Below are positions 60,821-64,000 of a stretch of DNA of 64,000 nucleotides, piece after piece (position 1 is the first letter of the stretch; every line of letters starts with the position of its first letter). The translations under genes and the position numbers were made by a program. Source of the stretch: Armatimonadota bacterium (GTDB taxonomy: Bacteria > Armatimonadota > UBA5829 > DSUL01). The DNA lies in the NCBI GenBank assembly GCA_039811685.1, contig JBDHZC010000002.1, positions 576,001-640,000 on the forward strand, read 5' to 3'. The notes beneath the pieces are model-generated. The model saw only the letters and a program-made list of their open reading frames with translations, was not told where the DNA came from and did no database searches.

Positions 60821-60985
60821 GGGCCAATTTTACCAGGCGAAGGCCGGAAACGGAAGGTTGGGCGCAAACGGGCGTACCAATTCTAGCCGGTCAGAGGGCG
60901 GGAATGAGGAAGTCGTTTGTGGCGTCGGAGGCGGATACGGTTATACGCAGGCGGCTGTGGGGCTCGGATCGCACTTTGCCTCGAA

Positions 60986-62294
60986 GTTTCAATCCACACC
61001 GCCCCCGAAGGGGCGATGCAACTAGCGCTGCCGCCCAGGTGCAGCCGATCGACGCGTTTCAATCCACACCGCCCCCGAAGGGGCGATGCAACGATGTTTA
61101 CGCATTTTGATTGCAGGGTAGGCAAGTTTCAATCCACACCGCCCCCGAAGGGGCGATGCAACAGGTGCCGGTCGAGACTGTCTGTAGTTGAAAACAGTTT
61201 CAATCCACACCGCCCCCGAAGGGGCGATGCAACAGTCGAGGCCAACCGGAAGGGATAGGGAGAACGAGTTTCAATCCACACCGCCCCCGAAGGGGCGATG
61301 CAACAGGAAGCGGAAAACATGCTTCCTTTAGCGCGCGTTTCAATCCACACCGCCCCCGAAGGGGCGATGCAACCACTGCCCCGTCCCCATCTCGGGTGGG
61401 GCATTACGTTTCAATCCACACCGCCCCCGAAGGGGCGATGCAACCACCTTCAGACGGTCTCGTGTCCGATTGTCATAGTTTCAATCCACACCGCCCCCGA
61501 AGGGGCGATGCAACAATGTAGCATACAGCTGCAGAGTGTACAGGGTTGTTTCAATCCACACCGCCCCCGAAGGGGCGATGCAACACAGCACCAATACGAA
61601 GAAAGAGGAAAACCCATGTTTCAATCCACACCGCCCCCGAAGGGGCGATGCAACCGAACCCTTCTCTGAAGCAGTCGCAGTCGAATACGTTTCAATCCAC
61701 ACCGCCCCCGAAGGGGCGATGCAACGGAGTCCGAGCTTTCAAGCTCGTATCCACAGCGGTCGTTTCAATCCACACCGCCCCCGAAGGGGCGATGCAACGA
61801 CGTCAGAGAGCAGTTGAGCCATGGTGACGAAGTTTCAATCCACACCGCCCCCGAAGGGGCGATGCAACGTTACGCGGCCGAGTTCTACGTCTACGATTCG
61901 CTGTTTCAATCCACACCGCCCCCGAAGGGGCGATGCAACGGTCGCGGCGCACTGTTCCGGTGTTCTGTCTGCGGGTGTTTCAATCCACACCGCCCCCGAA
62001 GGGGCGATGCAACCCGTCCCGCTAACTAGCTTGCCGATCCGCTTGGTTTCAATCCACACCGCCCCCGAAGGGGCGATGCAACCACTGTCGCTCCGCGGCA
62101 TCGTCGTACCGATGCGTTTCAATCCACACCGCCCCCGAAGGGGCGATGCAACTCGACTTACTTGCCCTCCGATGCGGTGGATGCTGTTTCAATCCACACC
62201 GCCCCCGAAGGGGCGATGCAACATGCCTGTTCAAGACTTGCCTTTTCCGCCTCTATCGTTTCAATCCACACCGCCCCCGAAGGGGCGATGCAAC
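60986..62294 (-). CRISPR. Type I-C-like CRISPR array, 19 identical 37-bp repeats and 18 spacers of 32-37 bp
   Basis: Repeat GTTGCATCGCCCCTTCGGGGGCGGTGTGGATTGAAAC (minus strand), counted directly; next to cas2. Confidence 0.98.
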
Positions 62295-62480
62295 GCGCCC
62301 AAATTCACCCAAAAACGGGCAATCTGAGCACGAAATGACCTTCTCCAGCTGTCTTCAGGCGCCCTCCATAATTTTCAACTTTTTGCAGCCGCTCGCTTAG
62401 CTCACGCACGAATCACCCCAAAAATGTCTGCGAACCTCGTGCTCAAGGCTCCGGAGCTTGGGGTTCGCACAGCCGCCTGC
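62295..62480 (-). promoter_or_regulatory. CRISPR leader
   Basis: Non-coding, between cas2 and the first repeat; contains a GCGAACC...GGTTCGC inverted repeat. Confidence 0.75.
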
Positions 62481-62777
62481 TTAGGTGATCAGCGGTTCGG
62501 TGAAGTCCACATACTTATCGACGCCAAAGGTTTCCACGCACCGCTTTCTTCCGCCCGGCAGACTGTAGATTCGCAGGCTATCCTTATCGGCGTCAATAAT
62601 CTGCAGCAGCCGGTGTCTCAACTCCTCCAGCTCCACATCCGTCAGAGACAACTCAAACACGGAGTACTGAACCCGCGTGCCGTAGTTAACACACTGCTTT
62701 GAAGCCTTGCGAAGCCTTTTGCGCCCCGCGGCGTCCTCGGTATTTACGTCGTAGCTGATCAGGTAGTCTGCACGCAC
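62481..62777 (-). CDS. cas2: CRISPR-associated Cas2
   Basis: LISYDV...G.KRLRK....C.NYG.RVQYSVFE, DSLRIY. Confidence 0.96.
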   Translation of the reverse strand: MRADYLISYDVNTEDAAGRKRLRKASKQCVNYGTRVQYSVFELSLTDVELEELRHRLLQIIDADKDSLRIYSLPGGRKRCVETFGVDKYVDFTEPLIT

Positions 62778-62788
62778 GCATGGATCTC

Positions 62789-63823
62789 CTATCCTGGAAT
62801 GAAGGGGGCGTAGGAGGGAATCTCTCCCCGCAGATGCCGCGCCAGAATCCGCGCCTGCAGATGCGGAACCAGGCCAAGTGGAACTTTCTTCTTGAGCAAT
62901 GGGTGGCTGATCTCGCGCTGTTTACGCTTCTGATACGCCACGATCACCTTCTTGCGCCCTTCGTCGGTCAACAGGAAAGACGGCCCCGGACGCTCTTGAA
63001 AGTCGTCCGCATCAATCTGCTTGAGATTGACCAGACTGAGCGCAAGGCGATCCGCCAGAGGAGCGCGAAACTCCTCCACCAGGTCAAGGCAGAGTTCTGG
63101 CCGACCAGAACGGATCGAGTGCAGAAAGCCAAACTGAGGATCCAGACCCACGCCCTCCAACGCCGTGCGGCAATCAGTCGAGGCAAGCGCATACAGAAAG
63201 GAGAGAAGGCAGTTCATGCGGTCCCGCGGTGGGCGGCGGCTGCGGCCTGCAAAGCGGAAGTGCGTGCGCTGTTGAGTGATCATGACGTCAAAGGCATCAA
63301 AGTAAGCCGAGGCGCCATGACCTTCAATGCCCCGAAGCGTTTCCAGTGAGGCCGCCAGCCCGAGCTCACGCAGCAGGTTCTCCATTTGAGCAATTGACGC
63401 TTGAAGGACCGGTGAACTATCTCCCGCGCCACCTTCGCGCAGAGCGCGGCGCAGGACTGCGCGACTGTTCTGCAGCTTACCCGCTACAAACTGCCGGGCG
63501 ATTGTCAGGGTGCGCGCAGGGGAGGAAAACGCCTCATAGTGGGCCTTGCGCAACAGCACATTTCCACTGGTCGCACCTACCATCCGGGCAAGATAGCGCC
63601 CATTCATATCAAGATAGGTGATGCTACGCCCATCCTCCGCACACCGCTGGACCAGGTACGGGCTGACTCCCACCTGCCCGAAGAGCACGATTCCTCCGAG
63701 ATGCAAGAGCGGGGTCTGCGTCAACCTGGATCCCTCGGCTTCGACCTTGACAGTCTCTCCGTCCAGCCGAACGTAAGCGCCCTGCGTCATCACAAACAAT
63801 GTGTTCAGAAGCTCGGCGTTCAA
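62789..63823 (-). CDS. cas1: CRISPR-associated Cas1, type I-C
   Basis: LLNTLFVMTQGAY, SGNVLLR, LRGIEG, RSRRPPRD..N.LLSF.Y, GLDP..GFLH, LDLVEEFR. Confidence 0.96.
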   Translation of the reverse strand: MNAELLNTLFVMTQGAYVRLDGETVKVEAEGSRLTQTPLLHLGGIVLFGQVGVSPYLVQRCAEDGRSITYLDMNGRYLARMVGATSGNVLLRKAHYEAFSSPARTLTIARQFVAGKLQNSRAVLRRALREGGAGDSSPVLQASIAQMENLLRELGLAASLETLRGIEGHGASAYFDAFDVMITQQRTHFRFAGRSRRPPRDRMNCLLSFLYALASTDCRTALEGVGLDPQFGFLHSIRSGRPELCLDLVEEFRAPLADRLALSLVNLKQIDADDFQERPGPSFLLTDEGRKKVIVAYQKRKQREISHPLLKKKVPLGLVPHLQARILARHLRGEIPSYAPFIPG

Positions 63824-63838
63824 CGGCTGCCTCGCATG

Positions 63839-64000
63839 TCACTCCAGCCCGAGGCCGTCGACCGGCACGAACCGGGCTTCTTCCCGATCTACCGAAAGCT
63901 CAGCCAGAAGCGACGGCTGGCACGCCTCGATAAGCGAGCATCTGGGGCAACGGCTGTCATTGACTGGCGCTGGCACCCTCTCGCGAAGCAGCATCTCCCT
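63839..64000 (-). CDS. cas4: CRISPR-associated Cas4, 3' end only
   Basis: Manual translation REMLLRERVPAPVNDSRCPRCSLIEACQP...GLE*, with C-terminal Fe-S cysteines; directly upstream of cas1. Confidence 0.88.
   Translation of the reverse strand, partial: REMLLRERVPAPVNDSRCPRCSLIEACQPSLLAELSVDREEARFVPVDGLGLE

Noticed and set aside
61023..62257. Self-targeting spacers within the window
   Set aside because: No match noticed by eye; an alignment is needed to exclude it
60819..62400. Many short ORFs with repeated peptides (FQSTPPPKGRCN, CIAPSGAVWIET)
   Set aside because: They are translations of CRISPR repeats

Overview
A GC-rich (~60%) bacterial chromosomal segment, densely coding; no rRNA or tRNA was recognised. 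The gene mix loosely suggests Armatimonadota or a similar lineage (inference only). In order: the start of a parA/soj gene; an unusual operon of GCS2-type ligase, phosphatidylserine decarboxylase and GT2; ruvB; TPR proteins; a sensor kinase; murJ; galT with an unannotated upstream peptide; an ECF sigma/anti-sigma/TPR operon; cheX/cheY and a LysM-FliO-like fusion; a surface-polysaccharide locus (wzy-like, GT4s, gmd, fcl, GDP-mannose 3,5-epimerase-like, nucleotide-sugar dehydrogenase, SLBB exporter); alpha-amylase; two Fur regulators; REP-like repeats; sdpR with a frameshifted sdpI; an M10 protease; a two-component pair; pcrA; an orphan nrfH; rsmG; mazG. The right end is a defence locus: a SauUSI-like PLD-helicase-DUF3427 gene, a 19-repeat type I-C CRISPR array, cas2, cas1 and partial cas4. 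The strongest unexplained signals are two intergenic transcription units that look like small RNAs: a sigma54-driven ~85-nt RNA with an anti-Shine-Dalgarno seed (42.4-42.5 kb) and a sigma70-driven ~230-nt structured RNA with tandem 16S-complementary motifs (46.4-46.7 kb). The GCS2-Psd-GT2 operon may encode a lipid-modification pathway.
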